Assembly: GCF_009914755.1 (NCBI RefSeq)
Contig: NC_060927.1
DNA from: the human T2T-CHM13v2.0 reference genome, Homo sapiens
DNA length: 64,000 nucleotides
Strand: one strand, 5' to 3'
The notes beneath the pieces were generated by a model. It worked only from the letters and a program-made list of their open reading frames with translations, made no database searches and was not told the DNA's origin. Positions 12,895-24,140 of this stretch are shown piece after piece. The position numbers and the translations under genes are program-made. Position 1 is the first letter of the stretch. Every line of letters starts with the position of its first letter.

Positions 12895-13231
12895 GGGATG
12901 GCTACACGTTCCTCACCTGGTCTCCTCTCTTCTAAGAACTTGGCAGGATTGCACTTTTCAGCCCCTTGGTGGCAAGGTTGAGACCCTAGGAGCAGTTCTA
13001 AACCAACGAGCTGTGGTCAAAAGTGGTATCTGCTGACTGGCAATGTTCTGATTCATAGCTGATCTATCAGCAGGACTCGGAGTGAGTGACTTTGGTAACA
13101 GAGCATCCCCACCCCCTCCTCTGGTGCCCCACATGGATGTGTAGTATAAGCAAGAAATGAACTTATTTTAAGCCACTGAGATTTGGGCACTAGCTGTTAC
13201 TGTACTGTAACCTAACCTGTCCTGAGTGATA
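12895..13231 (+). mobile_element. MaLR solo LTR (MLT1I/J-like)
   Basis: 3' end gcaagaaatgaacttattttaagccactgagatttggg...gttactgtactgtaacctaacctgtcctgagtgatac. Confidence 0.8.
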
Positions 13232-13606
13232 CCCAGCAGTCCTGTGATTCTGAGAAAAGTGACTCAAAGTTGAGAGAAGTGCCTTGTACCCCTGAGTGCT
13301 TTGTTGTTTTCCCAGTTATCTGATGACTGGGGTGTGAAAGCTCAGAAAGACCTTCAGTCATGCAGAAAATTTATAGTCAGTTTTAATGACTAATTCTTAA
13401 CCCCTACCACCATAACCACTATGACTATTCTTTTCTCTTTCCGTTTTCTCAAATTGACTTTTGCACTAAGACTTGATCGGTGAGAAGCCAGATTGTATTT
13501 TGGATGGGGGTAAGGTTTTCAAGTTTAAAAAGCTAGTGCAAAGGCCCAGAGGTGAGAAAGAGCTTGACATGTTAGTCTCAATGGAAGGGTACAAAGTATC
13601 CTATAA

Positions 13607-14528
13607 TGTATTCTGTGGGTTCCCTCCACCCCAGGTTCTATCTCCAGAACAGTGCACTCAGTGATTGTCGGCTGCTAATGGCTCACAGCAGCCACCTTCT
13701 TTGGAGCATTGCTCTCCACAACTGGGAGGCACCAAAACCAGAAGCTTCTTACTCCTTCCCTCCCCCTTCTCAGGAGGGGGAGCCCACAGCTAATGACTGT
13801 CTGCCTTGGGGAACAAAATGCTGTACCATTGCCTCCAGGGAGGATACTTCTGCTTTGTTGTGTATGTCTTAGAGCATCTCCTCACTCTCAAACAGGCAAA
13901 TCTGGATCCTACCTGAGGCTTCTGTCTCCTTTACAGTAGCAAGCAGTAAGTAATAAAGCAAGTGTCTTAGTCTATTACTGCTGCCATAACAGAATACCTG
14001 AGACGGGTAATTTATAAAGAACAGACATACATTGCTCACAGTTTTAAAGGCTGGGAGGCCCAAGATAAAGGTGCCAGGAGGTTTCTGTCCCGTGAGGGCC
14101 CAGTCTCTGTCTCTCAGATGGTGCCTTGAACGCTGCCTCTTCTGGAGGGGAGAAAAACTGTTCCTCATGTGTCAGAAGAGCAAAAGCGGAGCAATGTTGT
14201 GTCCTGACATGATGGAAAGTAGAAGAAAACAAACCCACTCCCACAAACCCTTTTTATACTGGGATGAATCCATTCATAAGGGTGGAGCCCGCATGACCTA
14301 AACACCTCCCACTAAGCCCCACCCACGAACATTGGTGTATTGGGGATTAAGTTTCAACGTGAGTTTTGGAGGGGACAAAAACATGCAAACCATAGCACCA
14401 TCCTTGTTTAGCCCCTTTCTCTTTTCTATCCTGCTTTCCTCCTCCCATTATACTTTCGTTTCTTCAACACGTTATATGCATCCAGGTCTCTGTCTCATGC
14501 TCTGCTTCTAGAGAACTCAACAGAACAC
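13607..14528 (+). mobile_element. ERVL LTR (LTR16-like) split by an MST insertion (pieces about 13607-13962 and 14398-14528)
   Basis: gctgctaatggctcacagcagccaccttcttggagcattgc in the 5' piece; tctctgtctcatgctctgcttctagagaactcaacagaacaca in the 3' piece. Confidence 0.55.
13963..14397 (-). mobile_element. MaLR solo LTR (MSTB/MSTD-like)
   Basis: TGtcttagtc...ctgccataacagaatacctgagacgggtaatttataaagaacag ... ggggattaagtttcaacgtgagttttggaggggacaaaaacatgcaaaccatagCA. Confidence 0.9.
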
Positions 14529-14689
14529 AGGTACTGTGATAGGAAACGGTCCTGTGAGCAATATGTGAAGAAACACTGCATGCTATTAACTTTTCTTGGA
14601 AGTTCCTCATATCAAATGGGGCATTAAATCCTCTTAAGTCCTGCAACAGAGAAATTTGTTTAACCTTGAATAATCTATTTAACTTTGAG

Positions 14690-15590
14690 ACTTTAAAGAG
14701 TTCTGATACGGAATCAGGGATCTCAGCTTCAGACCCCTGCTTTGCAGTTACTAGTTGTGTAATCTCATACAAGGTCCCTAATCCTGTTGAACTTCCTTTT
14801 CCTCTCAGTAAAATGATATTATATTCATTGCTAGTGAAAAAGTAAACATGTAAAATAAAATAGCCACTTTGTAAAATAGTTTGGCAGGTTTTTTTTTTGC
14901 AAAGTTAAACATAAATTTATAAACCACCAATACTCCTAGGTTTCCTCCCAAGACAAATGACAGACAATGTATGTCAACACAGACATACACACAGGATTCA
15001 TAGCATTATTTATAATGGAACAAAAATGGAGACAACCTAAATGTCTACCAGCTGTGGTATAGCCCCATAGTGCAATACTATTCAGCAATAAAAAGGAAAG
15101 AACTACTGATATGTGCTACAGCACAAACCTCAAAATCATTATGCTATGGGTACAAAGACAGAAATAGAAGACAACAGAGCATGTGATTCCATTTGTACAA
15201 AATTCCTAGATCAGAGGTTGCCTGGGCTTTGGGTTAGTAGTGGGGGTTGACTGCAAATGAGCAGAGGGAAACTTTTGGGAGTGATGGAAATGTTTTAAAA
15301 TTGGATCGCGGAGATCATTGTGTAACTTTATAAACTTAATGACCATCAGTTGAATTTTGTATTTACAATGGCCGATTTTTATGGTATGCATGCCATACCT
15401 CAACGAAACTGCTACGACACGCTCTGAGAGAGTACTTTCTTGTTCTGACCTGCCTTAAAAATATATTTTTGCAGATATAGGAATTTGTCCAATAAAAAAT
15501 AATTTTAAAGAAAAGGAAGGAGGACTGTAATATTTACCTCATGGGATTACTGTGAGGATTGCCTGAAATAAGCACTCAGTGTTTGATACA
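14690..15590 (+). mobile_element. MIR split by an L1 insertion (pieces about 14690-14815 and 15525-15590)
   Basis: ctttgcagttactagttgtgtaatctcatacaag...ttcctctcagtaaaatg, then gtaatatttacctcatgggattactgtgaggatt. Confidence 0.65.
14822..15411 (+). mobile_element. L1MB/L1ME-type 3' end
   Basis: gccactttgtaaaatagtttggcag...aatactattcagcaataaaaagga...gttgactgcaaatgagcagagggaaacttttgggagtgatggaaatgttttaaaattggat...atacctcaa. Confidence 0.88.
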
Positions 15591-15658
15591 TGTTAACTAT
15601 TGTTGTTTTGTTATTGTAATTTCTGTTGCAGTTGAGCCAGCCTTTCCTTACTTATTTT

Positions 15659-15831
15659 ATTTTTTTTTTTTTTGTGGAACATTATTTTATTTATTTTTTT
15701 AATTTTTTTTATTATACTTTAAGTTTTGGGGAACATGTGTATAACGTGCAGGTTTGTTACATATGTACACATATGCCATGTTGGTGTGCTGCACCCATTA
15801 ACTCATCATTTAACATTAGGTGTATCTCCTC
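15659..15831 (-). mobile_element. Very short (about 120 bp plus tail) young L1PA 3' end
   Basis: attatactttaagtttt...aacgtgcaggtttgttacatatgta...gctgcacccattaactcatcatttaacattaggtgtatctcct; candidate TSD ACTTATTTT at 15650-15658 and 15832-15840. Confidence 0.9.
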
Positions 15832-17549
15832 ACTTATTTTTAAGAGCAAAACTTATTTTTCTGGGAATATAAATATGATTGTGGGATTTTTGGGATCTGT
15901 TATCTAAGACATTTTACGCATTGGCTTTTTTCCCTTTTTAATACTCTGTGGTTTATTTTGTTTGTTTGTTTTCCTTGTAACTTACCTGGGGTATGTTGAA
16001 TTGAAGAAAAGCTTTTTTATTTCCTATGTACAGACAGACTGCAAAACATGATTTTTCAGTATTTTGGATGCAATAAAATATTAGTTTGTGGGTTCTAGTA
16101 AGGACACAGAGTTCTACAACAGGTATTCCGTTCTGATAAAATTCGTATTATTTTTGAGAAATTGAATACAGTATGTTAAGCCAAATGTCTCTGAAAAACC
16201 AATACATATTTTCACTTTACATCTTTTAGACATTAGACACACCAAAAATCTCACCTAGGTGACCTTGTGTTTTTGAAAGGCAAATACATCTGCTGGTGTA
16301 CTGTTTTTGGCTTAGCCAGAAATTATTGTTAATTTTGCCCCCCAAAAGGCAGATTACTAAAATACATTAGTGTTTTGAGCATGTGCAGTATAGAACAATT
16401 TAGACCAATTTAAGCCGTCAGAGTAAGATTGCACCCAAACAGAAGTGCTTGTAGAAATGAATTGACGACTCCAGTAGTTTTAAATCAATGCATGCTGGGC
16501 AATCAGACTCCCTTATCGCTCCCTAAAATGACCTGCTTAAAGGAAATTGAAGCACTGTTATAGTTGAGATAGCTGTGCAATCCACATGCTCAAAGTGGTG
16601 ATCACCTTCAAATTTAAGCACTTAATTTAAGAGCTCCAATAATTTTAAATTGCTATGTGCCGCAAAGAGTGACAGACGGTTACCAGAGTGCGCCAGTATT
16701 TTTAAAACACTTCTGTTCAGTGTAATATATTTCTGTGGAAAGGTTCACAGCAAGTTGAAGCAAATTTCCAAATTAACATTGAAAAATGAAAAGCGACATA
16801 GCGACAAACTTCAGGTTGGTTTTCTTTTTTTCGTTTCCTTTTTCTTTTCCCCCAGCCAAGAGAAAGGAGTAAGCCTAGTCACTCATCTTTCCTTTGTATT
16901 GAGAGCCACAGGGATTTGTCGGGAGCTAAAAATAAGTCTGTCTTTTTAAGTATGGAACCCCCTGGCGAAGCCACACTTGGCAGCAGAATAGCTCCGTAGA
17001 GAGGACCAGGGAGAATGGCCCTTGGAGCCAAAGGGAGAGAGACAGCTTCCATTAATCCAGCTGGGCTCTGAAAATCCCTGCTTGAGTTTTGAAGCACTAG
17101 GGCAGGAAACCGGAACCTGGACCCAGGGTAGTGAAATTTACATGGTGCGATCCGGATGGCTCAGGGAACCAGGGGCTGTGTCTGGGAGTGCCTCTGTGTC
17201 CACCTGTCTCTCCTCTCCTGCCCTGAATTTCCTCTACATGTCAGGTCCTTGGCCCTGCCCTGGGCTCACCCCGCCCCCTGCAAGTTCTGTTCACTGGGCT
17301 GGGCATGCCTCTCCCCTCTTTCTTCTTGTTCCTCCTATCTTCCTTTGATGTGAAGTTCCTCTGCTTTCCTGGATATCTAAATTACCAGTTATGGCTCAGC
17401 ATTCGTTCCTTTCCTTCCCCGCCTCCACATTTATTTCTCTCCATCCCATCCTCACAATAGCCTTCTAAATTTCTAATAGGGTCTAATTTTTCTTCTGCAA
17501 TTGGATTCACAGCCAACAGCCTCTTTTAAACTCTTCATTAAAAATTGAA

Positions 17550-17790
17550 ACATTTTAGAAATCTATTTTGATACACTTTTCATACAATAAAACATACCCA
17601 TTTTTGTTGCATAGGTTTTGTTGTTGTTTTGAAAAAATTTGCATCTAAGTAACCATCACTACAATCAAGATGTAGAATATTTGTCACCCCAAATGTTCCT
17701 TCATCTCCCTTTGTGGTCAGTTCCTCTGACCCTGGCCCTAGGAAACCACTGATCTGTTTTCTGTCACTGCAGATTAATGGTGCTTGATTC
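17550..17790 (-). mobile_element. L1MB/L1ME-type 3' end
   Basis: gtaaccatcactacaatcaagatgtagaatatttgtcacccc...ggaaaccactgatctgttttctgtcactgcagatta. Confidence 0.8.
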
Positions 17791-18444
17791 TTCACCAATA
17801 AAATGGTGATTAGAACTTCCACTCTACAGGTTGTCCTGCGACTGAGGGGAGAACTAGTGTGTCTCAGCAACATGGTCCCTACCCCCTGGGGACTAGGGGA
17901 AGAGCCTTAAATAGCCTCCTACAGGCCTGAATTTCTTTTGAGGTTTTGTGTTTAAGTTAAAAATGTTATGCTATTTCTCATTTTGTTTAACTTACATCCA
18001 TGTTTGATGTAACTTAAAAATTATATTCTAAATTACCATCCAGTAAAAAAAAAAAAAAATGCTCCTGGAAGATGTACTATATTTACTCAGTGGTTTCCAG
18101 CATGCTCTGACTTACTGATACTCTGTCTGCAATGAGGGACTATCTAGGAGGTATCTCAGTTTGGGGAGATACTTAAAATATTCCTCCTAGCCATTCCTGC
18201 CAGAGAGCTGTCACTCAGGATCCTCATTCTCTTATTAAGTTCAGTCATAAACAAAAATTGATGTAGCAGTGTGGGCCTTCTCAAAACAGTACTTGGGGAG
18301 GAAGATGGTTCAAGAAAACTTTCATTTGGCAATACAGATCCAAGGCAGAAATGGACTCATCTGTAAGCCTTACATGCTTAGAGGCTACCTTTACCTATGG
18401 AATTCTTGACTGCATTTATAGGGTTTATTCAAATATTATTATTA

Positions 18445-18625
18445 GTCTATATATATTGAATTTCTTGTATATGCCAGGCACTGTTCTAAGTGCACCATTG
18501 CTTTTTGCATTTAATTTACAAGATTCTGCAAAGTAGAAACTGAAATCTTCATTTTGTTGATGAAGAAACTGGCCCCTCAGAGGTATTTATCCCAAGTTAC
18601 TAAAACTTGCGCAAGTACCACAGCA
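18445..18625 (-). mobile_element. MIR
   Basis: tatgccaggcactgttctaagtgc...cttcattttgttgatgaagaaactggccc. Confidence 0.75.
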
Positions 18626-18795
18626 AGTAAGTTTGCAATTATAGCCACACTAAACCCCAAACTTATTCATCAGCAGCATCTCTGTATTAAAACACATCTG
18701 ATACCAAAATAAAAGGTGGACGTCCAATGAACTATTATCTCAGATTTAGTGGGTATTTCCATTGTTGAATGAGATGCTTTTGCCAGGAGTCTGCG

Positions 18796-18812
18796 ATGAT
18801 GATGGTGGTGGT

Positions 18813-18844
<32 letters not shown>

Positions 18845-18864
18845 TGTCTGTCTGTCTGTCTGTC
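18796..18864. repeat. Compound (GAT)(GGT)(GT)n(CTGT)n microsatellite
   Basis: Seen directly. Confidence 0.95.
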
Positions 18865-19486
18865 ATCTTCTCCTCCCCTCTATTACCCTACTTCACCTCC
18901 CTTTCCTGTCCTGGTTCAGAACTGGAAAGGATGGTTCCCTCTGGAAAGTCAGCTCTCTAGGGATGACAAATGGCTTTGATCTTCTATGTGAAAAGGGTCT
19001 CAGAAGAGAAATTGGTGAATGATATGCTACGGGGCTGTGCTGGAGGGCATCAGTCACTTGGGCTGCCTGGACACCTGTGACTAGGGCTGAAAGGGGTTAT
19101 GGATTCCAGCTAAAACAGGGAGGGGTGGATAACACGACTTGATTTGAGAGGCTCGTATTCTGTTGCAGCCAAGTCGCACAGAAATAGACAGGGCCTGGCT
19201 GCTGTGGGATGCAGGGATGAGGGCACAACATGTCCTTGGTTCTAGGGAAGGATTCGGTTCCAAATGGAAGCTAAACATCTTGCCTCCTGTCTCCCTGGCA
19301 GCCCCCTCCTATCCCCATAGAGGAAGGGCGACTTTTCATTTGGAACAATGCTAATGGAGTCATTCGGGTCAGTGTCTCCGAGATAAAATCTGTCACTCCC
19401 TTCTGCAGGCTCATTATTTCTACCTTCAGGCGGCAAGGAGGCAGGAGGCAGCAGAACACAAGAGGATAGGGCTGTTCCCTCTCAGG

Positions 19487-19632
19487 GCGCGCTCTCTCTC
19501 GCTCCCTCTCGCTCCCTCTCGCTCCCTCTCGCTCCCTCTCGCTCCCTCTCGCTCCCTCTCGCTCCCTCTCGCTCCCTCTCCCCCTCTCCCCCTCCCTCCC
19601 TCCCTCCCTCCCTCTCTCTCTCTCTCTCTGTA

Positions 19633-19678
<46 letters not shown>

Positions 19679-19692
19679 CGCAAGCGCGCGCA
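19487..19692. repeat. Compound repeat: (GCTCCCTCTC)x8 minisatellite, (CCCT)n, (CT)n, (TG)n, (CG)n
   Basis: Eight perfect 10-mers at 19501-19580; (TG)n to 19670; (CG)5 at 19671-19680. Confidence 0.97.
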
Positions 19693-21431
19693 TGATTGTG
19701 GTCTTAAAGGTGTGATGAATTACGGGCAAACCTTTTGTCTTAAACAGGGTGTCAGTGTTTACATTCTGTATATAAATTTTATTTCCCTGAAAGTCTGACC
19801 CCAACCTACTTCTGTATATGCTTTAGTACAGCCATTTAACAACAACAACAATAACAAAAGAATAAGCTGCATACAGGGCCGGACTTGGCCTGAAATTACA
19901 TCCCACATAGCTCTAATTGTTCAGTAATTTAAACAGAAGAGTGGCATTATGTTGACTCGGCGATTTAAAATTATGCTAAAGCAGGATTTTGCCAGCTGGA
20001 TCCTTGGCCTCGTTCAGGAACATACTTGGCTGTGTGCAACAGGGACCACTAATCCATGAGGATAGAGAAAATGAAAATTTTTAAAAAGGCAGAGTATTCT
20101 CCAAACCAGCAAACCATCACCAATCAAAGTGCTAGGATTTTATGATAAGTAGAGACCCTGTGGTTACTTAGGCAGTGTTAGCAATTTGTACTTGTATGAG
20201 AGAAAGGGCACCTGTGAACTCAGCTGTCATTCAAAGGTGAGATGCCACCTTCATTTAACAGCAAGGACAGGGGCATGCATGCTGGATTTTTCTCTCCAGT
20301 CCTTGAACAGATACAACCTTTTCTAAAAACCTGGCTCAGTTCTGCACCTTCCTGAACAGTATCCTAGGGAAATATTGGCAATTAAGTGCCCTGTTTTCAT
20401 GGGCCTCTAATTTTTCTCAGCGATTCAAATTTTAATGCCCATAGGGTTTCCAAGCTGAAGGCTGACTGGGGACTTTACTGAAGTATTTTTCTTTGTCCTT
20501 ACAAAGGGGGGAAGCTACTTTAGTTTCCATCATATAAATTCATATGACTGGCCATGTGGCTGCTTTAATGACCATTATCTAAGACCTTGTGGCTGTTTTA
20601 ATAGCCACATGCCCCAGTGCTCCTCTCCTTACAGTCAGAGCTGATTTTTGTAAAGTGTGAATCTGGACTCTGTGTTGCCAGGTCTTCACAATTTTCATTC
20701 TGGTTTATAATCTAAAAGTTCCCAATATTTAAATGTAAGGCAACCAACTGACCAACCAAACAAATATATACAACAACCAGAAAAGCTCCAGAGAGCTAGG
20801 ACATTTATAGAGGCTGACAAATGATTTCTCCAGGGCAACTCTGTCAGGATATAACAGCACTATGGGCCGGATAGGGCTGGTGGATCACTCGTTTTGACAC
20901 CTGTTCTCTACAGTCTTTCTGTAATTTAGACTAAGGCTAAAATGTGTGTCTTGCCTCCTCTGAAAGGGGACTGTTGTAGGTGACAGGGATACTGCACTTA
21001 GCATTAGAATTGCTTTTGGTCAGGTCGAGCTTTGGCACCTGAGTGATTGTAAGCAGGTTGTTTCTCTACTCTGCACTTTGCCTACTTGCCTTGTCAGTGA
21101 AACATGAATGAATGCTGGCCTTGTCCCTTCCTTGATGTTTTTATCCGGATGCAATGAGGAATGGATATGAAAGCACCATACTTGGTGAACTCTTGAGCAC
21201 TACAGAGGATGATATCCTGGGCTGGTGGTCAAAGATTGGGGTTGTGCGCTGATGAATTTATAACTAACCAGCTGTGAGATCTGGTCAAGTTATATGATCA
21301 TTCTGGTATTCAGGCTTCTTATTTGTAAAGACCAGATTTTTTGAAGGGAAGCAGTAGAGTGAATAAGAGAAGGCAAACCTGAAATCAGGTTGTAGCTCTG
21401 GCAGTTATTTACTGTGAGATCTGGCTCAGCC

Positions 21432-21757
21432 AAGTGATCCCTTGCTATTCATTGTGGTCCGGTGGCCTCAGCATCTCCTGGAGCTTGTTAGCAATGCAGA
21501 GTTTCAGGCTGCACCCCATATTTGCTGAATCAGAATCTATTCCCTAAACAATTTGTAAGCTCATTAAACTTTGAGAAGCATTGACTCAAGCTAGTGGAAG
21601 TCAAAATGTAGTCCTGGATGAGCAACATTATCATCTGGGAACTTGTTAAAAAAAATAACTTCTCAGAGCCCCTCTCAGACCTACTGAATCAGCAGTCTGA
21701 AGATGGGAACCAGGAGTCTGTGGTTTAATAAAGCCTTTAGGTGATCCTGATGTACAC
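21432..21757. mobile_element. Two adjacent MER5A/B copies (about 21432-21585 and 21591-21757) within a MIR cluster (about 20990-21850)
   Basis: cagcatctcctggagcttgttagcaatgcaga...ctgaatcagaatct, then catctgggaacttgttaaaa...cagacctactgaatcag...aggtgatcctgatgtacac. Confidence 0.75.
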
Positions 21758-22004
21758 TGGTGAAGCCTATTTTCGCTTCCATTATCTCCTCATCTCTAAT
21801 GTAATTGCATGAATAAATCTACCATCAGGGCATTTTAAGGATGAAAAAAATATATGGCATAGTATATTATAGTAGAATGGAATGTACTATAATATAATAT
21901 GTATTTATATATATATAAAGAGAAAATCATGTATATGATGAGCAGAACATAATGTGCAGTATAGATTGGCAAATAAATTGGATACAAGGTAATTGGTAAT
22001 GGTC

Positions 22005-22420
22005 TATACCAGTTATGGTTTCAAGCTAACAGAAGCAAACCCTGGCTAACTCAAGCAAAATGAAATTTATGGACAGATATGTTGTAGATTATATAATTAA
22101 AATTTAAAAAATGAGCCTTCATGCTTGGAAAAGGAAACAACCAGGGAAGCTCCAGGGATCTAGGACAGTTATAGCAGCTGATAAATGGTCTTTCCAGGGC
22201 ACCTCTGTCAGGATGAATCACCTCTAGTTGCCTTTGGGGCCATTCTATTCAAGATCCAAATTTTTGGTAAGGAAACTGCCTGGCAGGCTTGGGTCATCTG
22301 GAGGACAAGGCCCCTGAATTGCTATGTAGTGAGGGTGGAGGAGTTTCTCAAAGGAATCTGCTATTGTTATAAAAAAAATGTGAGAATGGGAACTAGGCAA
22401 GCCACTCAACAGATACTCAT
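22005..22420 (-). mobile_element. Ancient MaLR LTR (MLT1N/M-like)
   Basis: ttcaagctaacagaagcaaaccctggctaactcaagcaaaatgaaatttatgga. Confidence 0.5.
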
Positions 22421-23815
22421 TACAGATATTTCTAGCTCCAGTATTCTGAGTCTAACATTCTGCATGGACCTCAGACCTGGCACAGCAATGGGAAATCCTG
22501 AAGCAGCAAGCTAAAAGATAGGGCTGGTGCTTTCTGGAGACCTCCTGGCTGTTTCCTTCTACGCACAGCTGTGGGACTTTTCTCTTATCCAGACTGGAAT
22601 AGTTTTCCTTTGGGTGATTAAAGGAGTTGTATGTGCCCAGAACTATGTGTGCTTTCACAAACACAACTGTTGGTCATGTATGTCCCTGTTCATGCCGTGA
22701 AGCGTGAGGTTTTCCTTGAGAAAGGGCCACTCCTGCCTGCTCACTAACAAAGCCAAGAAGTATACAGCAAAATATGTTAGGATGTCACATTGGACATCCT
22801 CCCTTTTCTCCCATAGTTTTATAAGTGATTATAAAGACAAGCCCATGCCCGAATTTTGCCCTATTGGCTCTATGCACCATTTGTTTTTATGAGCATTTTG
22901 CTCATGTGGGAAAAATGGCTATGCATTTCTCGGGCTCTCGCCCTGTTATGTTTTTCTCCTCTTGATTCTACCAGTTAATCACAAAAAACAACCCTTCTGA
23001 ATGTGGGGTTTTCCCCTGGCATGTGTCTGTGCTATGGAACCAGTAGCTCATAATGGCCAGTCTGTGAGGGGAAGTTGGTGTGAATGCTGGCTTATTTAAT
23101 GTGCATGTGAGGGAAGAAGAGGTTTCAGAGGCCTTTTAAAAGGATTGTGCTGATATCTTAAGAATCATCTGGTGCCTCATAATATTTGCTAATCAAACCA
23201 CAGAAAACATGGAGAGGCTGGGAGGTTCAGTGGTTACAGTACCCACATGCCCATCAAGCAGGCTTGTCCCAGCGTTAACCATTAACTGTCTTTTTCACAC
23301 ATCCTGGGTAACTTGCTCTTTCTTTCATTTCAACTTATGATAGAGACATCAATAATTATCCCACAAAGTTGTAATTAAAATAGTCAGCAGAACAAGGCCA
23401 AAATAGCCAATATCAATAAGAAAATTAATTGGTCTTAGATCTGAAAGAGCATCGAGTTGCTGAGTGCAATATTAGAGATAAGTTCATGTTTGCAGGAGTA
23501 GGAAGGCTTGTGAGGTGCTCTTGTGAGAAGAACAGATAACAATGGCATCATCTTTTATGAAAGGGGTTATATTCTAGTGTCCTAATGGAAGGTAGAAATT
23601 GCATACAATTAAGATAACCTTTAGAAATCTCTGAAATATTACATGGGGTTTTGTATGTACACATATGCGGCAATATAATATGTAGTATAAATAATATGTA
23701 ACATTAGATAACATTCACATTATAATAATTATGTACTATGCATATATAATGTGTAATATATATTATATTTTATATGTAATATGTTCTATAACATATATGT
23801 AGTGCATTATAAATA

Positions 23816-24140
23816 TAGTAGTCCCCCTTATCCACAGGGGATACATTCCAAAAGCCCTAGTGGATACCTGAAACCATAAATAATACCAAACCATATATAT
23901 ATATATACTGTTTTCTCCTATACATACATACCTATGATGAAGTTTAATTTGTAAATTTGGCACAGTAAGAGATTAACAATAATTAGTAATAGAAAAGTTA
24001 AAACAATATACTATAATAAAAATTATGTGAATGTGGTCTCTCTCTCTCTCTCAAAATATCTTATTGTATGTAATATTTCCAGATTGTGGTTGACAGTGGG
24101 TGGGGATGGGAGTGAAGACACAAATAAGGGGAAACTGACG
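23816..24140 (-). mobile_element. MER44A (Tigger7-derived TcMar MITE), full length, inserted in a TA-rich low-complexity tract (about 23650-24360)
   Basis: TIR agtagtccccttatcc; internal atacatacatacctatgatgaagtttaatttgtaaatttggcacagtaagagattaacaat...gtgaatgtggtctctctctc; TA flanks. Confidence 0.9.

Noticed and set aside
19501-19580. CRISPR-like array
   Set aside because: Contiguous tandem 10-mers with no spacers, in eukaryotic DNA; the duplications at 46.4 and 55.7 kb have only two units.
19271-19804. 177-aa minus-strand ORF
   Set aside because: Open only because it crosses stop-free (CA)n/(GA)n/10-mer repeats (HTHT, ERER).
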